Assembly (NCBI RefSeq): GCF_037042905.1 | Contig: NC_087251.1 | Coordinates: 44,208,001-44,268,000, forward strand | Length of the DNA stretch: 60,000 bases | Reading direction: 5' to 3' | From: Lytechinus pictus | Taxonomy: Eukaryota | Shown here: in pieces, positions 1 through 12,700 of the stretch | Layout of the letters: each line of letters begins with the position of its first letter | Numbering within the stretch: the stretch's first letter is position 1 | The notes under the pieces: generated by a model | Told to the model about the DNA's origin: nothing | The model's input: only the letters and a program-made list of their open reading frames with translations | Databases searched by the model: none | Made by a program: the position numbers and the translations under genes

Positions 1-843
1 GTTAAATGTATATTCTTAAATACTTGTTTTCACTATATCGACATAATATGCAAATTTATGCAAATTACTTGCTTATTTGCATAGATACAGCGTGTCTCTT
101 TGGATGAATCTTTTTCTTTTGACTCAAGGAACATTTGTGCCAAGTGGGACATTTGTACTAAAAAATGCAGCGTTCACCCCTTTTTTTGCAGTTAACAAGT
201 CTACTATGGCCCCTAAGATGAAACCAATAGCCCTTCCAAGAAAAACATATACCTAATTTCTCAATTTTAATACATTAGAGAGGTCATGATAGAAGGGTAA
301 AAAACTTTTAGGAACAGTGACATATTTATGAGTTTCATAATGTAATTGTCAATATATTTTTTTCTTTTTTTCATGCTAGTATTGGATTCATACGAATTGC
401 TTGGACGAAGGAAATCAGTTTTCCGTTACTGATTTTATTGCTCCCACTCTGAAGTCCATTTAGAACTTTGATTTATCAATTAATTAGTAGGAATTGGAAT
501 GGCATCAGTTTAAATTCTAATTTTCCAAGAGTAATTGTTGATGTAGAAACATTGATATAGTGAAAGATGTGTATGTTATGACTGAACATATATATGTTTG
601 TATGTAGAATTGCAAATATGAATGTGCATGGATCATATATGTGCTAGTATGGTAAATGTAGTCTCGTGCTGCCAAAATATTGTATTGTAGCAGTTTAACA
701 AAGAGGAAAATTAAAAGAGAAATATGGCTGTATCAAACTAAAATGATCTTGTTGTGATTTATTCTTTTGTGTGAATTATATTGGGCAGTGTAATTAGGTT
801 TGCTGTATTTGCTTTGATGAATTCAAAGGAATAATTAGATTAA

Positions 844-1236
844 AGCTAAATGAAAGTAGTTGCAGTAAAACACTGATTTCGTGAGATATTCTGTAAAACC
901 AAGGTTAAGTATTACTATATCATCGTGGATCTAGATCTGGTACAGTTACATAAATTGAACTTTGTGAAATCATAAAATCCAAGCTAAAAAACGATCACAT
1001 TGGAGATCGCCAACACAGATAGGCACACGTGGGATAGTGTATATTATTATTGCTGGAATAAAGACCAGACGGAAGTGCCCGAATCCGCGCTTATTTTGCT
1101 ATTTCTCAGCAATTACACAATTTCTTCCAGAATCCTTTGGCACCTATTTTTTATTCATACAAACAGACACTTGGGTGGTCATATTGAATTCTGTCAAAAG
1201 TCATTTTGATATCGTTACCACAACTGGCATTTATCT
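844..1236. mobile_element. TTAA-flanked MITE, Kolobok-like; related copy at about 20102-20492
   Basis: TTAA at both ends, AG...CT termini, imperfect TIR, dispersed second copy. Confidence 0.65.
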
Positions 1237-2655
1237 TTAAAATGCAAACTTTTCTCTATTTTAGAATGAAGTACTGGGACCAGTAAATACATTGTTATCC
1301 AAGACCATCTTTAAATTGACACTTCTGAAAATCATGTTGTGTTTGAATATGGAGTTGTATTCATATGCATGGTAGAATTACATATTTTAGTTTCCAAATC
1401 CCAAAGGTTGCTGAAATTCTCAAAAGAGAGGTAGTGGGGTGATTTTTCTTTTCTCATTTTTTTGATGATTTACATTTACCAAGTTTAATGGTTAAATTGA
1501 TGAACCTTGTATATGAAACAGATTCAAAGGGGCTGTGTGGGGGGGGGGGGGGACCAAAGGAACTTCTGGCAAAAGTAGTAACTGACAATATTGATGACAA
1601 ATAGGATGAGAATGATGATGGTTATAATGATGAAGTGGTAATGGTGATAATGGTTTTGATGATGGTGGTGGTGATGGTGATTGTGATGATGAATCAGTGG
1701 TCATGATGATGATGGTGGTGACCCGGGGTGGTGATAACGATTGATGATGGGGATAATGATGATTACTGTGATTGATAAAAATAAAACAGGTTATGTATAT
1801 ACAGTTCATATTTGATCAATATCAAATCTAGGCAGTGATCGGCCTTGAATAAAACGTTAAAAAAGGATGATGAAAAACGACCAAATGGCTGAAAAGCTTA
1901 TAAAAACCAATGAAAGGTTGTAATAATACTGGGATCCAAACTAACTTGCTGGTCACTATTCAAAGGCCAAAAGCAACCATAACTTCATTTAAAGACGAAC
2001 GAGGAAATAACATTAAAAAAGTGACCCCGAATGAACATACGCCAACCACAGGGGCCAATCGAGGAACTGGGGGTGGCATGAGTCGCCCCTTCTTTAAAAA
2101 TGTGAAAATAGCCATCAAATTGTGAGTTTGCATGTTCAGCTTCCCCACTTTCAAAATATCGTTTTGCGGCTACTGAACCAAACAGATACGGTTTATCTAT
2201 TCATACTAGGCCTATCTTTAATTTATCTATGATTCTAACAAACCAATTAACAAAAGCAACCCCTTCCATCCACCTAAGTTACATACCCGGTACCCCGGCC
2301 CCACAGCGGCCGGCCCCGCGCTGGCCGATTAAATCCAGTCAATGGGGCCGATAAAGTGCTCGTCAGCAGACCGTCCTCAGTTTTTCGAGATTGGACTCGT
2401 CAGTAAACTCGGTAATGATAAATTTACACTGTTTCATTACATCTCATGTTAGGGATTTACTTTCTTTCGAATTTTGATGTGAGTGTTAGAGAGTGATGAT
2501 ATTTGTTTTTTAACGTTCTTGTGCAATTGTAATCAGAGCCAGAGGCGATGGAGCTGCGCCGAGGAGCTGCATCCGTGCCGCCGGCCGGAGTCGGGCTGGC
2601 GCGGCCGAGATCTTGGTCGATGGAGCTCCGCGCGCCTCTGGTGTGACTCGATCAG

Positions 2656-3174
2656 GGGGGCGTTTCATGAAAGGACTTGTCGGACGTTTTATCCGACAAG
2701 TCCCATTTTATCCGACAGTTACCATAGGAACAGTGCTTGTCAGCCAATCAAAATCAAGGAAAGTTGTCAGATCTGACAACTTGTCGGACAGAAATGTTGA
2801 TGAAACGCTCCCCAGGATCCCGTAAAACAAAGCTTGGTTAGCAATTAATCGTACGCTTGATTTTCACGTTTGATTGTACATTGTAGTTTATGCACAGATG
2901 CAATCGTAGAAAAATATTAACATCATTGCTAAGCTTTGTGTTACGGGCCCCTGGATTCAATCCTAATTAGGGCCTAATTAGGATTGAATGTGTTACGGGC
3001 CCCTGGATCTGGATTCAATCCTAATTAGGGCCTAATTAGGATTGAATCCAGGGGCCCGTAACACAAAGCTTAGCAATGATCTTAATATTTTTCTACGATT
3101 GATTGCATCTGTGCATAAACTATAGTACAATGTACAATCAAACATGAAAATCAAGCGTACGATATTATGCTAAG
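2656..3174. mobile_element. Harbinger-like MITE cluster with inverted duplication
   Basis: GG...CC TIRs with CAG/CTG junctions; the same families recur at 11.5 kb and 18.5-19.1 kb. Confidence 0.7.
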
Positions 3175-5206
3175 GCTAAGCTAAGTAAGGCCTAATTTCT
3201 ACAAATTCTATGACTGAGTGACTGACAAAACCTTGCCCCGTGGACCTCGATCGACACATCTTCAGACTGTTTGGCTGCCGCAGTAAGACAAAACCCAATG
3301 TTATCGTTGTCTTTTTTTTTTTTTTTCTAACGTAGTCATAAGTCGTAGTAATATACTAACACTAACACTGAGTAACGTTAGATCACCAACAGTAACTTAT
3401 TATTTCCTGTTATCCTAAGTAGGATTCGAATCTCTCTCACTGCGCTGCAGAACGAGGCATCTCCACTCCAGTCTGTCGCCTTGCTCATATCTGAGCTAGC
3501 TGAAAGCCGTGGGTTTCATAGTTATTATAAGCCGATATTACGACTAACAGTAACAAGTTAGTCTAGTCTCGAAGATTAAGAGTTACAATGGCAAGTTCCC
3601 CCTAGTCTGCGCAGTCCCCATTGTCTGCGCATACTCGTATCTGCACGATTCTAGTAAAAGATGATACCCAACGAACACAAACTTAACACATGCAATACAT
3701 AGACAGAAATTCATTTTTTTAAATCTGACTCAAAATGGTGGAAAAATAATGAATTTTGGGCATTTCATTTAACGGCCTCAAAATGCAGCCTGTCTCATCA
3801 AAATCCCTGAATTATTATTATTATTTTATTCGGCACTTCATCAAAAACAAGACAGCATGTACAATGCAAGATTGAGAAATAGTATTAGTACAAAAATACA
3901 AATAGTTTTTAGACCCTTTCTCACCCAACCAGGTAGCCTGGGTAGGGAATAGGTCAACTTAATGGCCATGGCCCACAGGCCTTCCCTCCCACACCCAATT
4001 GCGTGCAAATTGAATGGGTGCGCAGACATGGGGCACCATGTTTCATTTTCATTTCGGAAAATGACTGCCCGAGGTTTTTTCCAATTATATTTAGAACTTT
4101 CAAATTTTTATGAGATATTTGGCCCAATTACTCATAATAATATAAGGAACATTATCAACTAAAATATTTTGTGAAATAAAAAGAAATTCATGTTAAATAT
4201 CAACTCAAATTGTTAAGTGTACAGACTTGGGGACCACCATCATATATGGACTTATTAATCTGACTAAATAAACAGATGCCATTCAGCCATTGGGAATTGC
4301 ACACACTCGATAATTTGACGGAATGAAGTCATATGTTGGTATCCAACTTTTCCTTCCTAGATCTAGGTCTACCATGACAGAATAAACCTTGTCCAGATAT
4401 TTTTTTTCAATTTTAGTGGAGGGGACATATGGAAGTCTTGCCTATCAAGAATTCTATTGAAAAAAAAATTGGCTTACCTTTAGTACCTTTAGAATCCAAT
4501 GTTAGGTGATATAATGTATCGTGTGTGTGATGCCTCGTTCTAATACTACAGTTAGTATCCATGCTCTCATAATGGATTATGACATTGGATTGTATTCCAA
4601 AAAATTATACATTTGCCACTGTACCGGCAAGTGCAAGTCAAAATTAGTGGGGCCCGAACCGCTCGTCAAGATTTCATGAACAGATGAAAGTGGGGGTCCC
4701 TTGAACTTCATAAAATGTTGCAAAAAGAGGGTCCCTGGAAATAATTTTTTTATGTATCATGTCCTGTAGCTGCCCCTGACTGGGCCTAGCTATGAAAAAT
4801 TATGGGTCCCGGCTCTGGAACAAGAATTTGAGTAAATGTCAATGAAAACTAAATCCTATGCAAGGCTATGGCCCGTATTCTGAAGTCGGGTTTGATTTAA
4901 ACTCTTGGCTCCATTGCATAAAAGTGACTTTCATGCAATCCTTGCTTTTGGTGGAAGATGAAATGAATTATCCATTCAACTCGGCTGCTACACCTCGTTG
5001 AATGGATCATTTCATCTTACACCTCATGAGGTATTCTGTCCATCGCACTCATGAACATTCGTTATTTGTATATTATGCAACAGGACCCTTGTCTAAAGTA
5101 GAGGTTTAACTATGACTAATTGCACTTGGTGCCTTTCTTTCTGAGAAATACTTTCTTTATTGAAATATTTATTATTTTTTCTTTATGCCAGGTATTTGTT
5201 AGCAGG

Positions 5207-6703
5207 ATGGATTCTACATTAGATACCTTCTGTGGACATTCACTCAATAATGACACCTTTTGGCAGCACAATGTCTACGGACATTGCTACGAACAACTGG
5301 TGTTTGCCCTAACTAGTCATGGCTTGTTGGCCCTGGTTAGTGCACTCTTCATCGATTACATTAATAATAAACTAACCAGCCCTAACCTCAAGCGGTCAAA
5401 ATCTTTGCACATTCGGTTCATCATCAGCATCTTGTCTGCGCTGGTACCTGTGTTGAGCCTTCTTCTTCAAGAATTTACTGGAAACATTAGACCAGCTCCA
5501 GTGGATTATCTTGTTAACGTGACATCATGTTTGGCATGGTTGCTACTGTCATTGTACCTGTGGAAGCTACGATGTCAGAGTTTACCGCTTGTGAGAACTC
5601 ACAAACCAGTAATAGCTGTATGGGCATTGACTTTTGTAGCTGTAAGCATCCGTTTAAGTACTATCATCAAACAACTGCTTAATCATGATGACTCTCTTGT
5701 TTCAGGGGAGGAAGGTACAGTCATTGCATCGTTGGTTCTCCAAGTTCTGTACCTTGGAACTTTGTTGCCTGGACCAAGACACACTTCCACGTACCATGAG
5801 TTTGGAGGGACCTCTGTATACCAGAGTATTAATGAAGATATTGGTGGAGAGGATGAACCTCTTTTACCTTCCTCAAGGATATCATCTGACATTGTTAACC
5901 TCGGAATTGCAGAGGATTCAGCTAGTCTGCTGTCCAAGGCTACATTTTGGTGGACTCGACCGCTCATGGCTAAGGGTGCTAAAGGACAACTTGTGAGGTC
6001 CACAGATGTATTCCATTTACCAACGAAACTCACTGCCAGTCACATTGAAACCTATTTCTCTACCAAGTATCCCCAAGGATCGGCTGCTTTTGCAGAGGAT
6101 GTCTTCACCTCCAATGAGCCCAATGACAATATGCAAGAATCACATGAACGAAGAGAGAGAAAGGGATATGGCAGTACCAAGGTTAGATCAAGGAAGCAAG
6201 AGGAGGACAATGTTCCAGAAGTCGTCATTAAAAATGGTTGCAAACAGGAGGTGACCCTATGCAGAGCATTGTTCCGAGCTTTTGGTGTGAAGTTCTTCCT
6301 GTTGGGTATCGTGAAATTCCTGGCAAACATCCTCACCTTTGCAGGGCCATTGTTATTGAACGCCTTGGTGTCTTTCATGGAGGATAGGACGGAACCGATG
6401 AGGTACGGTTACTACTATGCGCTTGGTCTCTTTTTGGCAACGTTCTCCGCTGCTATGTTAGGCACCCATTTCAACTACCAGGTCTCCAAGATCCAAATTC
6501 AGGTCCGAGCGGCGTTGATAACGACCGTGTATCGCAAGTCTTTGTCTGTGAGCGCGACAACCTTGTCGGCATTTTCGACCGGTCAGATTGTGAACTTTAT
6601 GAGTGTGGATACTGGGAGGATCGTCAACTTCTGTAACAGCTTCCATGCATTCTGGAGTCTTCCATTTGAAGTGGCCGTAGCCCTCTATTTACTCTACCGA
6701 CAG
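5207..6703 (+). CDS. ABCC10: ABCC10 coding exon 1 (TMD0, L0, start of TMD1)
   Basis: Acceptor CAG ends at 5191, ATG at 5207 ([10 protein letters not shown]), donor GTATGT at 6704. Confidence 0.88.
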
Positions 6704-9700
6704 GTATGTAGCCTACTCCTTCCTGTCAACAGACTGTCTTATGTTTTAGAAATGTCAAGAAACATGATCACAATGTTAATTGTTACAAGACAGAAAATAT
6801 CAATTTTTATTGATTTTTTTCGAACTCCAAGAGCACTTGGAAATCCCCATTCCCTGCAATGTTAAAGCTTATTCAAGATAAAGATTCAGATTTTTTAGTC
6901 AGCGGTCTTGAAAAGTAGCCCATACAAAGGGAGAGAAAAAATTATCCTGGTTCCAAATGATTTGACACCAGGGCGTTTTAGTGGTGAAAATTGTTTTATC
7001 CCAAACACCTAGAGGTGATTGGGATTCCATGGGATAAAAATTAGTCATTTCCTGGGTCAAATTTGTCAAATTTTCTTCTGTGTCATTGGGGGAATAGTGC
7101 TCGGTAGGTGTGTGTGATATTGCAGTGAATGCCATTAACAATTTTGAGCAGTGAGAGGTTCAGACTGGTTTGGACCACTGTGGCCATTAACTTATCCCAA
7201 TACCGGTATTTAGAAATTGATATTTCTTTATTGAATATTGCAGGTTGGTGTGTCTTTCCTCGCTGGGTTAGCCTTTGCCATCCTTCTCATGCCCTTCACC
7301 AAGTGCCTTATGGAGAAAATTCAGAAGCTTAACACCGAGATGATGAAACAAAAAGATGGCAGAGTTAAGGTGAATTAAAATCTTGTGCTGTAAAATAATG
7401 TACATACTATACTCATGTTTGCCATCATTTTGCACTGATTATTCAAACTTATTTCCACAAAGTGAGTAAAGAATACAAACAAACATCAATACAGTAAAAA
7501 TACAAATTACAATGATATTACATAAATACCAAAGAAGTTACAAATTTGGAGGGGATTTGACAAAGACCATATTAATCTATTTAGGTCAATTCCAATGGCA
7601 AGATACATGTACATAAAATTGTGTATGATCAATCATAAAAATTAATGCCATGATCAGTTGCTAAGCTTTATGTTTCGGAACCCTGATCAGAGTATCTTTG
7701 ACTTTCTATTCCAGCAGAATGTTTATGCTGGTCCTAAAAAAAGTTGATTTAAGATGGTACTGTGAGCTTTTTAAGCGTTTTTATGCAGTTATGATTGAAA
7801 TGAAGAAAACTGCACCATAGGATTTTTTGATGTCTTATCAACAATGTTAAAATCTGAAACTGATTTAGAAGGTTTCTGTATGAACATGCATTCAACTGTG
7901 AAGTTAAAACAATCAATGAAAAAGGGAGAAGAAAGAGGATTAAAAAAATGAAACTGAAAAGAAAATAAAGAGTTTGATTCATCTTGTGACTACATTATCA
8001 TGGTTTGGACATTTGCGAGAAAATATGTAGCTTGATCAAAGTAATTTTGTTTCTCTTTCTTGAATCAGATAATGAATGAAGTTTTGAATGGGATACGTGT
8101 GATCAAGTTTTACGCGTGGGAGCGTCATTTTAAGAAACAGATTGATGGCTTGCGTCAAGAGGAGCTGAGCAGTCTCAAGGGCATCAAATACTTGGATGCT
8201 ATGTGTGTTTACTTCTGGGCTTCTACACCCGTTCTCATCTCACTCTGCACTTTCACAACGTATGCTTTGATTGGCAATGATCTCACTGCTGCCAAGGTAT
8301 GGAGTCATTACTCATATTATACAGAGTGGAATGATAGGAGTATATCTTTGTATTCAGAACAATAAAGTATGAATACTGAGTACAAACATAAGTAGTATTA
8401 AAAAAAAACATTTTTTTTAATTCATGCCCCGTATAATTTTCTTTTAGTTTGCAATATAATGTTTTGTTAGTTTGCATATATATTACTTTGTTTTAAATTG
8501 TTTGTCAGAGTGTATTTCCATAAGAGTCAGTGTATTTTAATGATTAGCATCTTGCTCCTTGCATGAAAACGATTCTACTTTTGCAGTGTCAACTCAAGTC
8601 CAGTATTTTAAAATGAGGGGTCGTAATGAGCAAATTTGAAAATGGGTGAAAATGTATGGGTGAAAAAGGTGAAAAGAATTAGCTCTATCAATATGCATAT
8701 TCGCTGAATGATTCTGAAATTTTCACAGGGGTGTTCATCCATTGCACACTAGCAAGGAGCTAGTCTGCAAGTGCAGACTAGAATTTAACTCTTTAAACCA
8801 TATAGAGTGAAGACTAAACTCCAAGATATCTGTGTAAATAAGCAACCGCAGTACATGAGTGAATCAGACTCTGCATTATGCTCCATGCGAAAGCAAAGGT
8901 CTAAGCCTGCTGACAAGCCAGGTTCTACCCCTGTAATGGTGTTGCCATTAATGCTTGATAATATACTTTGATATTCAAATGGAAGTAATATTACTTCCTT
9001 TCTGATTTCTTTGTTATATCTCTGACCAGGTATTCACCAGTCTAGCCCTGTTTTCCATCCTGATTGGGCCTCTCAATGCTTTCCCATGGGTACTGAATGG
9101 AGTCATAGAATCATGGGTTTCCATCAAGAGAGTACAGGAATTCATGGATTTAGAAGAGTCAGACCTAGCCAAGTATTATCAATCAGGTAAGGTAGCTTTG
9201 GATTCTCAGCTGTCTATCTTATTTCATGAACGTGGTAAAATTGTTGTGCAAAATAATGATGCAAAATAATGATGAAGATGATGATTGATGATGATGATGA
9301 TGAGGATGAGGATGATGATAGTGATGATAGTGATGATGATGAGATGATGATGGTGATGATGATGATGATAATGATGACAATGACGATGATGATGATGATG
9401 ATGATGATGATGACGATGATAATTAATGATGATGATGGTAATGATAATGATGATATATAGCATGTATGAGGCACCAATTGTTCAACGGCACTCTATATAT
9501 TATACCAGCTCAAGCTGCTAAAGGGGCTTAGTGCATTAAAGGAATTAATCCATCTAGGTACCCATTCACAAGTATTGTGATGTTTCATGTAAGATTACAT
9601 TTGTTCATCCTCAGAAAACTGCCTCTCCGATGGACAACAGCTGAGCATTACACAAGGCACGTTCTATTGGGAGCATCATAAGAAGAAAGAAGAAAAGGAA

Positions 9701-12700
9701 GAGGAAGGGGAAGAGGAAGGAAATGAAGTGGAAGATGGAAGAAAGGATAAGAGGAAGAGCGCAAGCCAGGAAGATGAACGTTCAAGTCTACTTGTTAGAG
9801 ATGATGATGGAACCAGTGCTGATGATGGGCTTTTTGAGCCGTTGAAGCTTCAAGACATGAATCTAAATGTCTTCCAGGTAAATCACTTGCTCAGTATAAT
9901 CTATGGTCCAGATAAAGATGTTTGGCAATATGCATCGAGTGAATTATCTAAAGTCTTATTATTTCAGGAAATGTTTTTAAAGAAGTAAAGAATATAACTG
10001 CAAGCCTGGCCGAATTGATGAACCAGATGCCTTTCATATATTTTTTTTTCTTTTCCTGTTCTGCTTTCCCTTTATTGCAGTAAGTTGTGCTTGAATATTG
10101 ATTGATTGAGGGAGAGCATATTCCTCTCATTTATTTCCTTCAATGTTAAGACTTTAAATCAAAGTATTTAGTATGAAGGAGATTTTAGTCTTCTAAATTA
10201 CTGACTGAAATCAACAGGGATCATTGCAATACCTTTCTGCCTTCGAAATTACACTACTACACAGTCATTTCATTTTCTTTTATCTTTATATTTTCCAATC
10301 ATTTATCACTTGCTTTATACCCTCAGGGTCAGTTGGTTGGAGTGATTGGTAAAGTAGGATCAGGAAAGAGTTCTTTGTTCTCGGCCATCTTAGCCGACAT
10401 GGGCAAGGAGAAGGGCAGTATCAGCATTGCTGGACTTGGTCAAGGCTTCGGACTGGCCACCCAAGAACCATGGTTACAACATGCTACGGTCAAGGAGAAC
10501 ATCCTCTTTGGAAAGCGGTATAATGCTGAGAGATATAACAGCGTGGTGGAAGCATGCGCTCTCATTGAAGACCTCAAGGTTTGTATACATTGTGATGTGA
10601 ACTTACACCCACTTGTACCTCAATTCAATTCAATAATAACAATAAATAATAATAATATTTACAATGAATTTGCTCATAAAATCCATAAAAGAACAATACA
10701 TATATACATCCAGGAACAGGATTCCAGATTTGAGGTCCTTGAAATAAAATTGAGTTTTTAAAAGATTAGAGTCTTGGCTTAGGCAGATGAAAATCCTTTG
10801 CATTTCTTGTATTGTATGTGTGAAAGTAATTATTAAACTTAAAGAACATTTTGATATAACCTGGCAAGAGGTTACTGTTACATAAATAATTATATGTCCA
10901 TTTATATAGCGCAGTTACTATGTGCATATACTCAACTGTGCTTTGATACTTGGTATCATATTTTTACCCCGGCTGTAGCTGAGCCGCCATATTAATAGGC
11001 GCTAAAGCGTTCAAGGAATAAATCCTACCGGGTACCCATTCACCTCACCTGGGTCGAGTGCAGCAACAATGTGGATAAATTTCTTGCCGAAGGAAATTAC
11101 ACCATGGCTGGGATTCGAACCCACGACCCTGTTTCATAGTCCGGAGACTAATCCACTGGGGCATAACGCTCCACATAGACACAGAATAAATAAGAATTTG
11201 AAATGCATGAATATTGTAAAATTTCAATACATTCTAATTTAATAAATAGAGGATTGGTGCGGGCATGGTAAGGAGCATGATACATAATTATTGTTCTTAT
11301 TGCATGTTTTTGTAAAATATATAATCTATTGATGTTACTGCTACTTGCACTTCCCCAGGCAAGAATACCATGACTGTGGTATAGATATAATTTGATATCG
11401 TGGAAATAGGTATATGAATACCAAATATACTTGATTGAGTCTGCCAAAAAAATCTTAGATATGCTACAACCCCTGTTACATCTGAAAATAAAAACTCACC
11501 AGAGGTTGCTTAACAGTAAACCAACCTGAGACCAAGACCAGGGGCCTGTAACACAAGGCATTGCAATCATTGTAGAAGAATATCTTTCTGATTGATTGCA
11601 TTGGCCACAATGCACACTCCATCACGAAAATCAAACGTACGATAAATCACTAACCTTTGTGTTACGGGACCCTGAAGCGGTTTAGGTCGGACCTTGAACC
11701 CTTCTCGCATAGATGTAAACACAATTACACAAACCAGTATTTAACATTGCTTTTCTATCATTCCTTGTAGATTCTTCCTGCTGGGGATGAGACTGAGGTT
11801 GGCGAGAATGGAATTACTCTCAGTGGCGGCCAGAAAGCAAGGGTTGCTCTTGCTAGAGCAGTCTATCAGGTATCCCCATTGATTTGTTATAACTTTGTAG
11901 AAGAGGTTATATTTTATTACATTTATTATTTTGATTTTTTGTTGTTGCTTTCTTACAATTGCCTTGTTATTGATTTAAGAAGTATTTATCGGATGAAGTT
12001 GTGAAAAAACAACAACATATGATAATGATATGGAGTGTTGTTATTTGATACAATCTATCACAGAACTATGATCGGGAATTATACTTATGACAATATATCA
12101 TTCATTCATTAGTAAATCTGTGTGTTAAGCCTGGCGCATACTACACGATCCAATACAACCCATTTAAGTTTAAAAGTTCCAAGAAGTGAAATTATTTCAC
12201 TTGAGTTCAGCATATGAGTGCCAAAATTAGAATCCTGCTCTACTGAAAGCCTTATAGTCATAATGAAGTCCAAATTGGCTCCAAGACGCAACCAATGATG
12301 ACGTCATTATGATTTGGATTTAATTGGGTCATATTCTTACAGGAATGCTCTATATAGACTGGGATTTCGATTTCAGTATTCATACCACACTTCGGAACTA
12401 AGATTGTTGTCATTTTATAGGTTGGAATATTCATATCAAATATTATTGTGTGGTGTGTGCGACGGCTTTAGGCAAAATAAATGACTTCATGTGGGCATGC
12501 AACAAATCATATAATTTGGATTGACTTCATCTTGTAATGATATCTACCACCCCCCCTTTCCCCTTCAGGACAGTGAAATCTATCTTCTTGATGATCCTTT
12601 GGCTGCCGTAGATGCTGATGTTGGACAACACATCTTCTCCAAATGCATCATGGGACTGCTCCAGAAAAAGACACGCATCCTATGTACCCACCACACCCGT

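Noticed and set aside
5120..5206. N-terminal extension of the 581-aa ORF
   Set aside because: Non-ATG start inside the pyrimidine tract of an acceptor; the likely ATG is at 5207
5683..6646. Antisense and alternative-frame ORFs over ABCC10 exon 1
   Set aside because: Shadow frames of a long coding exon with no independent signals
9214..9477. Poly-His/Ile/Asp ORFs (also at 1492-1809, 15861-16201, 17763-18039, 45867-46119)
   Set aside because: Trinucleotide microsatellites within introns or intergenic DNA
11100..11174. tRNA gene
   Set aside because: The B-box is followed by a SINE body shared with other copies; no complete cloverleaf seen
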